Source: an uncultured virus (IMG/VR IMGVR_UViG_3300010338_001863) (Duplodnaviria; Heunggongvirae; Uroviricota; Caudoviricetes). From it: 64,000 nt of DNA. Position numbers and translations under genes: made by a program. Below the pieces are notes generated by a model. That model ran no database searches and had not been told where the DNA came from. It saw only the letters and a program-made list of their open reading frames with translations. Within the stretch, counting starts at the first letter, position 1, and each line of letters begins with the position of its first letter. The DNA lies in the IMG/VR virus record IMGVR_UViG_3300010338_001863. One strand, given 5' to 3'. Positions 40,903 through 49,399 of the stretch are shown here, one piece after another.

Positions 40903-41005
40903 GTGAACTACCCCACTTATAGAAGTGGTGGCTTCGTGGTCAAGGTAACTTCTGTTACCAGGTTACCCACGCTCAAAGGGCTGTTCCTTCCCCGCAATAT
41001 ACCAT
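40903..41005 (-). ncRNA. IS200/IS605 tnpB right end / omegaRNA scaffold
   Basis: Structured 3' segment ending ...GAAGCCACCACTTCTATAAGTGGGGTAGTTCAC (subterminal hairpin + TTCAC end). Confidence 0.75.
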
Positions 41006-42076
41006 TTACATGGCTAACTTTAGCAAGTTCTTTGCTGCATTTATATCTCTATCATGGATAGCACCACAAATTGAACATTTCCATTGCCTTAATGCTAAAT
41101 TCTTTACTTCAGCATTCTTATATCCACATTCACTGCATATTTGACTTGATGCATAATTTTGTGGTGCTATTATTATTTCTCTTCCATACCAATTAGCTTT
41201 GTATTCTAACATTCTTCTAAATTCTGACCATGATACTTCACTTATTGCTTTTGCTAAATAATGATTTCCTTGCATATTTTTTATCTTCAAATCCTCTAAA
41301 ATTATAACTTGGTTTTCGTATATAATTTTAGAGGATAATTTGTGAAGAAAATCTTTTCTTTGATTTGTAATTCTCTCATGCAATTTTGCCAGTTTTAATC
41401 TTGTTTTTTCATAGTTTTTACTACCTTTTTGTTTCCTTGATAAATCTCTTTGAACCTTCTTTATTCTTTTTTCTGTTTTTCTTAACCACTTTGGATTTTC
41501 TATTTTTATCCCATCTGAAAATATGGCAAATTCTTTTAATCCTAAATCTATTCCAACTTTTTTATCTACTTTTGGTAACTCCTTTATCTCTGTTTCTACT
41601 AATATCGAAGCATAATATTTTTCTGTTGGTGTTTTAGATATTGTTACCGATTTAATAATTCCTTCAAATTGCCTATGTTGTTTTATTTTTATCTTTGTTT
41701 TTAGCTTTGGTATTTTCAAATAACCATTTTCTATATTTACTGTCCCATTTTGATTATTTGTTGTATAGGATTGATATCCTTTTTTCTTCTTGAATTTAGG
41801 AAAACCTATACTTTTATCCCTAAAAAAATTGTTATATGCTTTTTCTAAATTTATTTGTGCATTAGCAAGAGCAAGACTATCTACTTCCTTTAGAAAAGGA
41901 AACTCTTTTTTATACTGTGCAGGTGTGTTTTTAAGCATTTTTCCTGTTTGTTTATAATATTCTATCTTATCAGCAAGCATTTTATTGTAGATAAATCTTA
42001 CACATCCAAATACTTTAGTAAAGTATTCTTCTTGTTCTTTTGTTGGATATATTCTGTATTTATATGCTTTTAGCAA
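41006..42076 (-). mobile_element. tnpB: IS200/IS605-family (IS1341-type) TnpB RNA-guided nuclease
   Basis: [17 protein letters not shown] (RuvC-I), LEDL (RuvC-II), CSECG/CSICG zinc finger, DRDINAA (RuvC-III); TTG start with AGGAGG; no tnpA. Confidence 0.95.
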
Positions 42077-42210
42077 GGTTACACCTCCTTTCCTTGAGAT
42101 TAAATCTTCTTAATAGGTTTTGTAATTTTTTGATTCTTTTTAAAGAATTGAATCCATACTTATTAATCATATAATTAAGTATTAATTCTAAAGCTTTGCT
42201 TTTATCTATT

Positions 42211-42426
42211 TTAATTAGATTTTCCTTTTTCATATCCAGCTAAAATTATTCCTCTTATATTATTTTCTAGTTTTTTTATATTATTTATTTTTATATTTTT
42301 AATATAAATTAATTCATTTACTATTGAATTGGTTAAAGATTCTATGCCGATAAACAGTAATTTTTTTTCATTTATAAGGTCTTTATGCTTTCTTAAGCAG
42401 GATACTATCTTTGAATTCTTGTTCAT
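42211..42426 (-). CDS. hypothetical protein
   Basis: AAGGAG RBS before ATG 42426; promoter upstream. Confidence 0.5.
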   Translation of the reverse strand: MNKNSKIVSCLRKHKDLINEKKLLFIGIESLTNSIVNELIYIKNIKINNIKKLENNIRGIILAGYEKGKSN

Positions 42427-42463
42427 TTTTTCTCCTTTTGTAGCCAAATTTTTGTATTTAAAA

Positions 42464-42492
42464 ATTTTACTATTTTTAAAATTATTTGTCAA
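42464..42492 (-). promoter_or_regulatory. sigma70-type promoter
   Basis: TTGACA-17 nt-TAAAAT. Confidence 0.6.
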
Positions 42493-42654
42493 TTTCCATG
42501 TATGATTCGGTACAGAATTTAATAACTTCTTCTATCAATTCAATCATTTTTTTTCTAAGTATTTGTTTTTCCAAGTCGGATAAATTTGACTCTTGTATCA
42601 GTTTTAATATTTCTTCTATTTTAGTTTTCATATAATAACTATGATTTTTTTAAA

Positions 42655-44457
42655 TTATATTAGATTTATTATTTGTTCGTATGATAGTTTTTTAAAGACC
42701 TCATCATCGTTTATAAGGTCTGATGATATTAATTCTTTATTCGCCCATATCTTTTCTATATGTTCTTCTATTGTATCTTTACATCTTAGTATTATAACTT
42801 CTATTGGTCTTTCTTGCCCCATTCTAAAAGACCTTGATATGGCTTGATTATTCAATGCGGCGGAATACCATCTATCATATAATATCATTGTTATATCATT
42901 TTTATCCCCAACTGTGAGGTTTATCCCTACTCCTCCGGCGGCAAGTGTGCTAATAAACAATCTCCTTTCTGGGTTATTTCTAAATTCATCTATTGCTTTT
43001 TGCCTATCTATATCTTTAACATCCCCATGAATAATCAAAGGTTTATATTTAGCGAGTTCTCTTTCTATGATATGTAGCATTTTTCTGAATTTTGTGAATA
43101 TAACTACTTTATTTTCTTCTATATTGTCGTTAACTGTCTTAATTAATTCCTCTAATTTAGAGGATTTTTTTATGTTAGATTCTTCAACAAGCTCCATAGA
43201 ATCGCATATAAGCTGTGCTTTCATAAACCAATTAAGGATCTCTGGTGTTATCTTATTCCCAAGTAAAGAGCTGGCTCTAAAGCTATTTTTATAATCTTGT
43301 TTAAGTTTGTCGTAGTATTCCCTTTCTTCTTTACTTAACTCAATTTCTAATGTTTTAATTGTTACTTTGGGTAATTCCGATATTATTTCGTCTTTAGTCC
43401 TTCTTATCATAAACGGTTTAAGCCTTTTTTTTATCTCATCGGTATTTTTATATCCTAATATTAACGGGAATTTAATAATTTTACCGTTAATACTTTTCTT
43501 ACATTCTTTGACTTTCATATATCTTTCTCTAAATCCTATCACATCGTACATTGTAGGGTCTATTATCTTAATTAATGGGTACAAATCTTCTATTTTATTT
43601 ACTATTGGGGTACCAGTTAAAAGATATATTGAGTGTATAGTTTGGCAAGCTGTGAGGAAGCTTTTTCTTAATCCTTTTCCTCCTATCATTATTTTAGTTA
43701 TTCTGTTTGATCTATTAGAAAGCCTATGTGCTTCGTCCAGGATGAGTATATTAGGGTGGAAAAAAGAGATTAATTCTTCCCAATCTGCCATAAAAGAGTC
43801 ATATGACATGATATACATGTCGGAATTTCCCATATCTTCTTCATACTGTCTATGTCTTTTGATGCCGTTGCTGTCGAGCACTATTGCCTTTAGGTCGCAT
43901 GTTTTATCTACTTCTGCCTTCCAGTTCCATTTGACGGAGTTAGGGACGACGACGAGTGTTTTGTGTCCATTCCCTGCGTTTTTATTTAGCACGACGGCTG
44001 CGATGGACTGAATTGTTTTTCCTGATCCTGGAGCATCTGCATTTAAACATCTTTTTGCGTAGTACATGAACTGGCTTCCGAGGATTTGGTATCCTCTCAT
44101 TTTAATTTTGATTCCTTCAGGCTCTAGTACTTGCTTAGATTTAGCCTCGTCGGACAGGAATTTGAGGTTAGATTTGAGTTCTGAGACCTTGGCGATTGAG
44201 CCCTCCTCGAATCTGACGTCGAGTGCGAAGCTTCTAGCCAGGTCGAAGAAAGCCGGGAAGTCGAACAAGTTGATCAAGTAAGCTCGTTCTTGGGCGATCC
44301 ACTTAGCGGAAGGGATTTGTCGGACGGCCTGGACGAGGTCTGGGTTGTATTTGACTCTGAGTAGGAACCCGTTGCCGAACCAATGGCTGAGCACTGCGAC
44401 GTTTGCATCTGAATTTAGCAAGCTTTTTGCTGCTTCTTTAGAGATTTCAAACGACAT
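42655..44457 (-). CDS. SNF2-family helicase with HARP-like N-terminus
   Basis: RGYQ, DAPGSGKT, LDEAH, LTGTP, GGVGINL, QAISR..R.GQ; N-terminal KYNPDLVQAVRQIP..KW. Confidence 0.9.
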   Translation of the reverse strand: MSFEISKEAAKSLLNSDANVAVLSHWFGNGFLLRVKYNPDLVQAVRQIPSAKWIAQERAYLINLFDFPAFFDLARSFALDVRFEEGSIAKVSELKSNLKFLSDEAKSKQVLEPEGIKIKMRGYQILGSQFMYYAKRCLNADAPGSGKTIQSIAAVVLNKNAGNGHKTLVVVPNSVKWNWKAEVDKTCDLKAIVLDSNGIKRHRQYEEDMGNSDMYIMSYDSFMADWEELISFFHPNILILDEAHRLSNRSNRITKIMIGGKGLRKSFLTACQTIHSIYLLTGTPIVNKIEDLYPLIKIIDPTMYDVIGFRERYMKVKECKKSINGKIIKFPLILGYKNTDEIKKRLKPFMIRRTKDEIISELPKVTIKTLEIELSKEEREYYDKLKQDYKNSFRASSLLGNKITPEILNWFMKAQLICDSMELVEESNIKKSSKLEELIKTVNDNIEENKVVIFTKFRKMLHIIERELAKYKPLIIHGDVKDIDRQKAIDEFRNNPERRLFISTLAAGGVGINLTVGDKNDITMILYDRWYSAALNNQAISRSFRMGQERPIEVIILRCKDTIEEHIEKIWANKELISSDLINDDEVFKKLSYEQIINLI

Positions 44458-44474
44458 TTGCCCCTCCTCTTTTT

Positions 44475-44891
44475 TCAGAACGAGAGAACTCTTCGCATCG
44501 ACTCAAACGCCCATGCGGCGATTCCGAATTGGGCTAAGACAGCGATTCCACCTGCGACAGCTGCCGACAGGGAAGAGACGTTTTCTAGGGCCAGGTTTAA
44601 GTTTGGGAAGGCCGACCCGCAACTTTTGCAGTGGATTCCAGAGTTCTTGGACAGCTTGCAAGCTGGACATCTTTCCTTTTTCCTGATGTGTGTCCCTATG
44701 AAGTATAGAGGCAGCCAGAATGAGAGCAGGAGGACGACGACTCCGAGTAGCATTTTTAGGAGTGCCAGTAATTCTCCCTCGCTGATCCTACCTATCGAGT
44801 GGGCGATCAGGATTAGGGAGGGTAGGACGCAAGCTCCTCCGACGAACCCGACGACTGCGAACTGAAGTGTGAGCGATGCTAACTTTTTCAT
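44475..44891 (-). CDS. membrane protein with CxxC pairs
   Basis: Hydrophobic helices, CPAC/CKSC; GGAGG RBS. Confidence 0.6.
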   Translation of the reverse strand: MKKLASLTLQFAVVGFVGGACVLPSLILIAHSIGRISEGELLALLKMLLGVVVLLLSFWLPLYFIGTHIRKKERCPACKLSKNSGIHCKSCGSAFPNLNLALENVSSLSAAVAGGIAVLAQFGIAAWAFESMRRVLSF

Positions 44892-45289
44892 ACCCTACCT
44901 CCTCCGACCCTCTTCCACTTTCCAAGCCCTCTTCTAAGCTCCTCTGAAGCTTTCCTAGTGCCTGCTAGAGCTAGCAGCAAGTTTTTGACTTCCGGGTCCT
45001 GCGCTGCTGCGACCAGATGCTCAATTGAGCTGAACCCAAGCATGCTGACAGCCTCTTCCTCTGCGACCCCAATTTCCCTGAAGATAGCCCTCAACCCTGC
45101 CTCGTCGCCCTCTTTAGCAAGCTCCCAGATCTGATTCCTCTTGGCGTTCAGAGCCTTTTCAACCGTCCCGCTCCTCGCCAGCTCAATCCCCCTGAATGCG
45201 ACAAAAACAAGCCAAACCAAAGCAGCAACCATCCAGACGGACAATGCAACTAACCCAAAAAAAGAAACGAATTTGAATACGTAGTCCAT
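44888..45289 (-). CDS. membrane-anchored hypothetical protein
   Basis: N-terminal TM segment; GAGGAGG RBS. Confidence 0.65.
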   Translation of the reverse strand: MDYVFKFVSFFGLVALSVWMVAALVWLVFVAFRGIELARSGTVEKALNAKRNQIWELAKEGDEAGLRAIFREIGVAEEEAVSMLGFSSIEHLVAAAQDPEVKNLLLALAGTRKASEELRRGLGKWKRVGGGRV

Positions 45290-45304
45290 AGTCTTTTACC
45301 TCCT

Positions 45305-45583
45305 CTACTTAATTAAACCCAAAGCACTCCCAACAATCGTCCCAAGGCGGACGTTTGAGTCACTTGTCAACTTCAAAACCCCCCAAAATCCACACCCCAA
45401 CCCAACCACGTAAAAAAATGAATAAATCAAAAAATACCCAAACCCAACCACAAACCCAATCAGCCACCCACTAACATAACTAAACCATAACTTCAGCTTA
45501 TATATGGGAGCATATTCATACCGATATTTGCCCCCATCAACACTCAATACCTTTTCACCCTCTAATTCATCTTTCCTTTTCAT
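45305..45583 (-). CDS. small membrane protein
   Basis: Gly/aromatic TM segments; AAGGAGGT RBS; promoter upstream. Confidence 0.6.
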   Translation of the reverse strand: MKRKDELEGEKVLSVDGGKYRYEYAPIYKLKLWFSYVSGWLIGFVVGFGYFLIYSFFYVVGLGCGFWGVLKLTSDSNVRLGTIVGSALGLIK

Positions 45584-45601
45584 AATCCATACCTCCTTTT
45601 A

Positions 45602-45630
45602 ATTGTATACCATTTATTCTAAATTGTCAA
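45602..45630 (-). promoter_or_regulatory. sigma70-type promoter
   Basis: TTGACA-17 nt-TACAAT. Confidence 0.7.
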
Positions 45631-45789
45631 TATATATGCCACAAAACTCATACACTTTATATAATGTACATAACCTCATTAACATAATAAATTAATACCT
45701 TATACTCATTAATCAGAAAGGAGAAACGTAAAAATAATAATAACCACCCTACCCTAAATCAAAATAATAGACTATATAAACCACAAATT

Positions 45790-46236
45790 AACCTTTTACC
45801 TTAATACATCAGCAAAAGAAAGAATATGTATAAAATTAATAACTTCTGACAAATATATCAGAAAGGAGGAGAAATATATAAGCCAAAATACCCTTTTTAA
45901 ACTAAGTATATCTGTAAGGAAGAATATATAAACTAATAACTTTTAACTAATACATCAGTAAGGAATAGAATTAAAACCAATGAGTTTGGATAATTCACCA
46001 GCAAGGAGGAGAATTAAAACTAATGACTTTTTGGCTAATACATCAGTAAGGAGGGAGATTAGAACTAAGACTTTTGGCTAATACATCAGTAAGGAGGAGA
46101 ATTAAAACTAATGACTTTTTGGCTAATACATCAGTAAGGAGGGGGGATTAGAACTAATGACTTTTGGCTAATACATCAGTAAGGAGGGGGGATTAGAACT
46201 AATGACTTTTGGCTAATACATCAGTAAGGAGGGGGG
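45790..46236. repeat. ~10 tandem ~43-52-bp non-coding repeats (core TAATACATCAGTAAGGAG), iteron-like
   Basis: Core at ~45802, 45851, 45903, 45948, 45991, 46036, 46079, 46124, 46169, 46214; degenerate on the left, near-perfect on the right. Confidence 0.9.
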
Positions 46237-46559
46237 AGGGATAATTCCCCCCATCCCTCCTTTCCTCCTGCCCAAGAGAATAGGCGTGAGTAAAAAAACT
46301 TGGGGGATTGTGGTGTTAGATGCCCTCCTTACTTCCTAACTGATGTTACGTTCCCTCCTGCCTATGTGTGGAAGGTAGTTATCCTTCCAGTACTTCCTGT
46401 ATAGTTAGTGGTATCTAGCTACTTAAGTATCTTTTTTGGGGGGTGAGGGTTGCTAGATACCTCCTACCTGATAGAATGTGTATTTGTTTAATATAAGCAG
46501 GTAGTGGTTGAGATGGATATATGTGGGAGTTATATATTGTTTTAGTTAAGGATTTTTTG

Positions 46560-46748
46560 CTAATCTTTCTTGAAGTAGTGGAACATGTATTTAGAGAATA
46601 GTGGGACTGATACTGTTTGGTTTAATTGGAACTCCTGAAATGAGTAGAAGGACTGGAGTTGGCCTGAATCAGAGTCTTTGAGTACATACATGAACTTATT
46701 TTTGGCTTTTCTTTTGGCGACTATAGTACCTGATACTGAGAAGATCAT
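46560..46748 (-). CDS. small beta-rich hypothetical protein
   Basis: AAGGAGG RBS; ATGA-coupled. Confidence 0.55.
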   Translation of the reverse strand: MIFSVSGTIVAKRKAKNKFMYVLKDSDSGQLQSFYSFQEFQLNQTVSVPLFSKYMFHYFKKD

Positions 46749-46942
46749 AGAACCTCCTTTTTTTGGGAGTCTAACTTGTCGTTGATGACTGATTCTAGGG
46801 TAGAGGAAGCTGAGGATAGGACTGAATTGTAGTATTCTAATAGCTCAGAGATTTCCTTAATTAATTGTGAGCGTTGGGCTTCTGGGATTTTAAGGGAGTT
46901 AATTAAGTCGAACAATCTTTCTACTGAAGGATATTTATCCAT
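46745..46942 (-). CDS. small helical hypothetical protein
   Basis: AGGAGG RBS. Confidence 0.6.
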   Translation of the reverse strand: MDKYPSVERLFDLINSLKIPEAQRSQLIKEISELLEYYNSVLSSASSTLESVINDKLDSQKKEVL

Positions 46943-46968
46943 AATATATACCTCCTATTTTTAAGGTT

Positions 46969-47613
46969 TTAATTTTCTAAGTATTCGTCTATTTTTTGGA
47001 AGATGAGAGAAACTTCTAGGTCTGAGAGGTTGTAGGCGTGGATATATTTCCTCATTTCTTCCGCTATCTTTTGTGGGAGGAGAGGGCTTTCCTTGTCTAA
47101 GTGGTGTATTTTTTGGGCTATTTTCTTAGAGATCAAGTCCAGGAAGATGCTGGTTGCTGTTGCCAGGACATTCACCAAGGTGGAGAATTGGGGTTTGGAG
47201 TAGGCCCTGACTATCTTCTTGTTCAGTTTTATGCAGGACTGCTTATCAGAAATATGGACTGAGATTGTGGCTTCTATCTTCCCCTTCCTCTTCTTGGACA
47301 GGGAGATTGTGGGGAAAGATTTAGTTAGGTTGTAGAAGAGATGTGCGTCAAAAGAAACCTCATCCAAAAACAAATCCTGGACGTCAAGCTTTGAGAGTGA
47401 AGCGGAGAGGGAACTTATGCTGACCAACCAAAAATCTAGAGCATCCAACACCTGGGCCGGAGGAAATCCAACAACATAGAACGTCCTATATATATGCTTA
47501 AACCTGATCGAAACCTTCGTACACTCCATAATAATATTATCTTTTTTTAAAATAAAAATCAGCTTCTTAGCCAAGTTCCGTTCCGTTCTCCAATACCTAC
47601 CAGAATCTACCAT
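46969..47613 (-). pseudogene. 3' part of a gene interrupted by the IS607-derived element (new in-frame ATG supplied by the element end)
   Basis: Removing 47583-48515 fuses 48690-48516 in frame (..AVSR|ERNLAKK..). Confidence 0.7.
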
Positions 47614-47729
47614 GAGATTCTGCGCTTGGTTCCTGCTTCAAAGAGGCTGCCGACGATACTGCTGTTGGTCTTATATCACTCTCCACAGGCGTTCGAGTAT
47701 CAACTCCGGTTTCGGTAGAACTTACCGTA
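47583..47729 (-). ncRNA. IS607-type TnpB omegaRNA-like scaffold
   Basis: CGGTA-AGTTC-TACCG hairpin, GCCTGTGGAGA...GAAGCAGGAA, CAGAATCT-6 nt-AGATTCTG terminal hairpin, AACGG end. Confidence 0.7.
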
Positions 47730-48277
47730 CCATTTCTATATTCAATAACGCGATTATACAACTCTATAAATTCTTGTGGTGTAAGATCGCGCTTTGCGTA
47801 ATTGACTCTTTCGCTCACCCACTCAACGTTGTCAATATCATGTCTCTTTTCGGGAAATCTTGATGTAGGCAAAATGTGGTCGAGATGGCAATTCAACCCA
47901 GGAACAAGTTTCTCACCGGTATAAGGGCAAGTATAATTTTGTGATTCCAACTTATCCTTCAATAGTCTTGCCACTTCCACGGTTCCGGCGCCTAAATTCT
48001 CCGTAGCGATTTCGACATACCAATGCTTTTCACAAAGACGGTTGCTGTGAGGCATTTGAGGATTTGTGCAAAATTTACAAAGACCTCGTGATACTCTATC
48101 ATTGTAACCAGCGATTTGATTTGCTCTGTCTCGTTCCCTGTTATTAGACTTCCATAAATTTGCCTTAGCGTTTACACAATCCTTGCATACGGCCATTGTC
48201 CCATCTTTCCTTCTGGAATTCCTGCCGAACTGCGTTGCGTCAAGAACACGATCACACTTCCTACATATCTTTTTCAT
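47597..48277 (-). CDS. HNH endonuclease with N-terminal zinc fingers
   Basis: CRKC..F....RKDG..VCKDC, CKFC..CEKH, CPYTG..HLDHILP...NVEWV...VNYAK. Confidence 0.85.
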   Translation of the reverse strand: MKKICRKCDRVLDATQFGRNSRRKDGTMAVCKDCVNAKANLWKSNNRERDRANQIAGYNDRVSRGLCKFCTNPQMPHSNRLCEKHWYVEIATENLGAGTVEVARLLKDKLESQNYTCPYTGEKLVPGLNCHLDHILPTSRFPEKRHDIDNVEWVSERVNYAKRDLTPQEFIELYNRVIEYRNGTVSSTETGVDTRTPVESDIRPTAVSSAASLKQEPSAESHGRFW

Positions 48278-48283
48278 GATAAC

Positions 48284-48418
48284 TTACTCCTTTTCCTGCT
48301 TTCGTCTTGCAAGTCCCCAGTTCCAAACAAAGCGAGCAGCGCCAGCGTGTTTCAACAGCGTAGTTCGTTGAGCGTTGTTTGGATCGAGTTCGGCTCGGTA
48401 CGCTCTAAGAATTTCCAT
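48284..48418 (-). pseudogene. tnpB: truncated tnpB (44-aa N-terminal HTH only)
   Basis: Translated by hand: MEILRAYRAELDPNNAQRTTLLKHAGAARFVWNWGLARRKQEKE*; absent from the ORF track because of its size. Confidence 0.8.
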
Positions 48419-48507
48419 CAGCTTTCTGCTTCCTGCGCTCGGCTGAACGCTTACCCCTCGTGGGAATTATACAACTCGTGCAGCAGGTATTCCATGAACA
48501 TCTAAGT

Positions 48508-48690
48508 TCATCGGTCCCTCGACACAGCCGACGAGATTGCGAGAATCATCGTCAAGACTACAATGGCGACGACGAAGGACGCCGCCAGGACCCCGGACGC
48601 AAACGCCCCAAGCCAGCCAGCATCCCAAAAGAACAAGGTTGCCGCCCCACAAATGAACCCTCCAACAAAGCTAAGTATAAAGTTTATCAT
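48508..48690 (-). pseudogene. 5' (transmembrane) part of the interrupted gene
   Basis: Two TM helices, AGGAGG RBS; stop lies just inside the element. Confidence 0.7.
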
Positions 48691-48715
48691 CTCTTCCTCC
48701 TGCGTCTAAAGAAAA

Positions 48716-48744
48716 ATTATACAAAACATTCGCAGATTAGTCAA
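48716..48744 (-). promoter_or_regulatory. sigma70-type promoter
   Basis: TTGACT-17 nt-TATAAT. Confidence 0.7.
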
Positions 48745-48749
48745 GTCTT

Positions 48750-49031
48750 CTACTCAGTTATCCATTTTTTCAGGTTGTCCACAATGTCGGCCGGAAGGTA
48801 TGGGATTGTCGACTTGAGGACTATCTTCAGGTACAACATGTCGTCGTAGGTAAGGAAGATGGAGTTTCTCTTGCTAGCTAGGTATAGACAAACCCCTATC
48901 CTCGCATCCGAAAACTTAGGGTTGCTAAGTCCAGCAGCCCTGATCCTCCTAACCATCCCGCAAGAGCAGACATCCCCTTCCTCATGTGAGTCGTACTCCT
49001 CGTGCATCCTATACTCAACAAACTTATCCAT
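48750..49031 (-). CDS. HxxYxxH-CxC module protein
   Basis: MHEEYDSHEEGDVCSCG. Confidence 0.7.
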   Translation of the reverse strand: MDKFVEYRMHEEYDSHEEGDVCSCGMVRRIRAAGLSNPKFSDARIGVCLYLASKRNSIFLTYDDMLYLKIVLKSTIPYLPADIVDNLKKWITE

Positions 49032-49034
49032 ACA

Positions 49035-49373
49035 TCACCTCTTCTTAAGCGAATCGCCTACTATCTTGATTGTCTCAGATAGCTTGTCTTTCAGCTGGTC
49101 TGGGATGTCTGTCGCCTGCCCGGATAGGCAGTACCTTACTATCCTCAGCGGGATGGAATTGTCGGCTAATGCCAATTTCTGGAAAAACTCGACATACTTA
49201 GTCTGAAAGTATTTGCTTCCCAAGAACATCAACATCCCCGGCAACAGCTCCTCCTTAACTATGCCGACAAAGAAATCCATCCTCATCCCGCAAGAGCATA
49301 TATAATTAGTGTCGTGCGTCCCGTATTGTCCATGTAGCAAATATGCTGTATAGTCATACTTAATTTTATCCAT
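49035..49373 (-). CDS. HxxYxxH-CxC module protein
   Basis: LHGQYGTHDTNYICSCG; AAGGAGG RBS. Confidence 0.7.
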   Translation of the reverse strand: MDKIKYDYTAYLLHGQYGTHDTNYICSCGMRMDFFVGIVKEELLPGMLMFLGSKYFQTKYVEFFQKLALADNSIPLRIVRYCLSGQATDIPDQLKDKLSETIKIVGDSLKKR

Positions 49374-49399
49374 ACATTCCTCCTTGTTTTAAAAAAAAG

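Larger units (their letters stand above)
47583..48515 (-). mobile_element. 933-bp non-autonomous IS607-derived element carrying an HNH gene
   Basis: GG at both junctions, ...GGAGAACGG right end, tnpA-tail remnant (GKRSAERRKQK), truncated tnpB N-terminus, omegaRNA-like 3' end; precise excision restores an ORF. Confidence 0.8.

Noticed and set aside
45790..46236. CRISPR array
   Set aside because: Units are head-to-tail with no unique spacers, and no cas genes are in the window
47583..48515. IStron (group I intron-IS607 chimera)
   Set aside because: Only ~100 nt precede the tnpB remnant, too little for a group I core, and the 5' exon does not end in U
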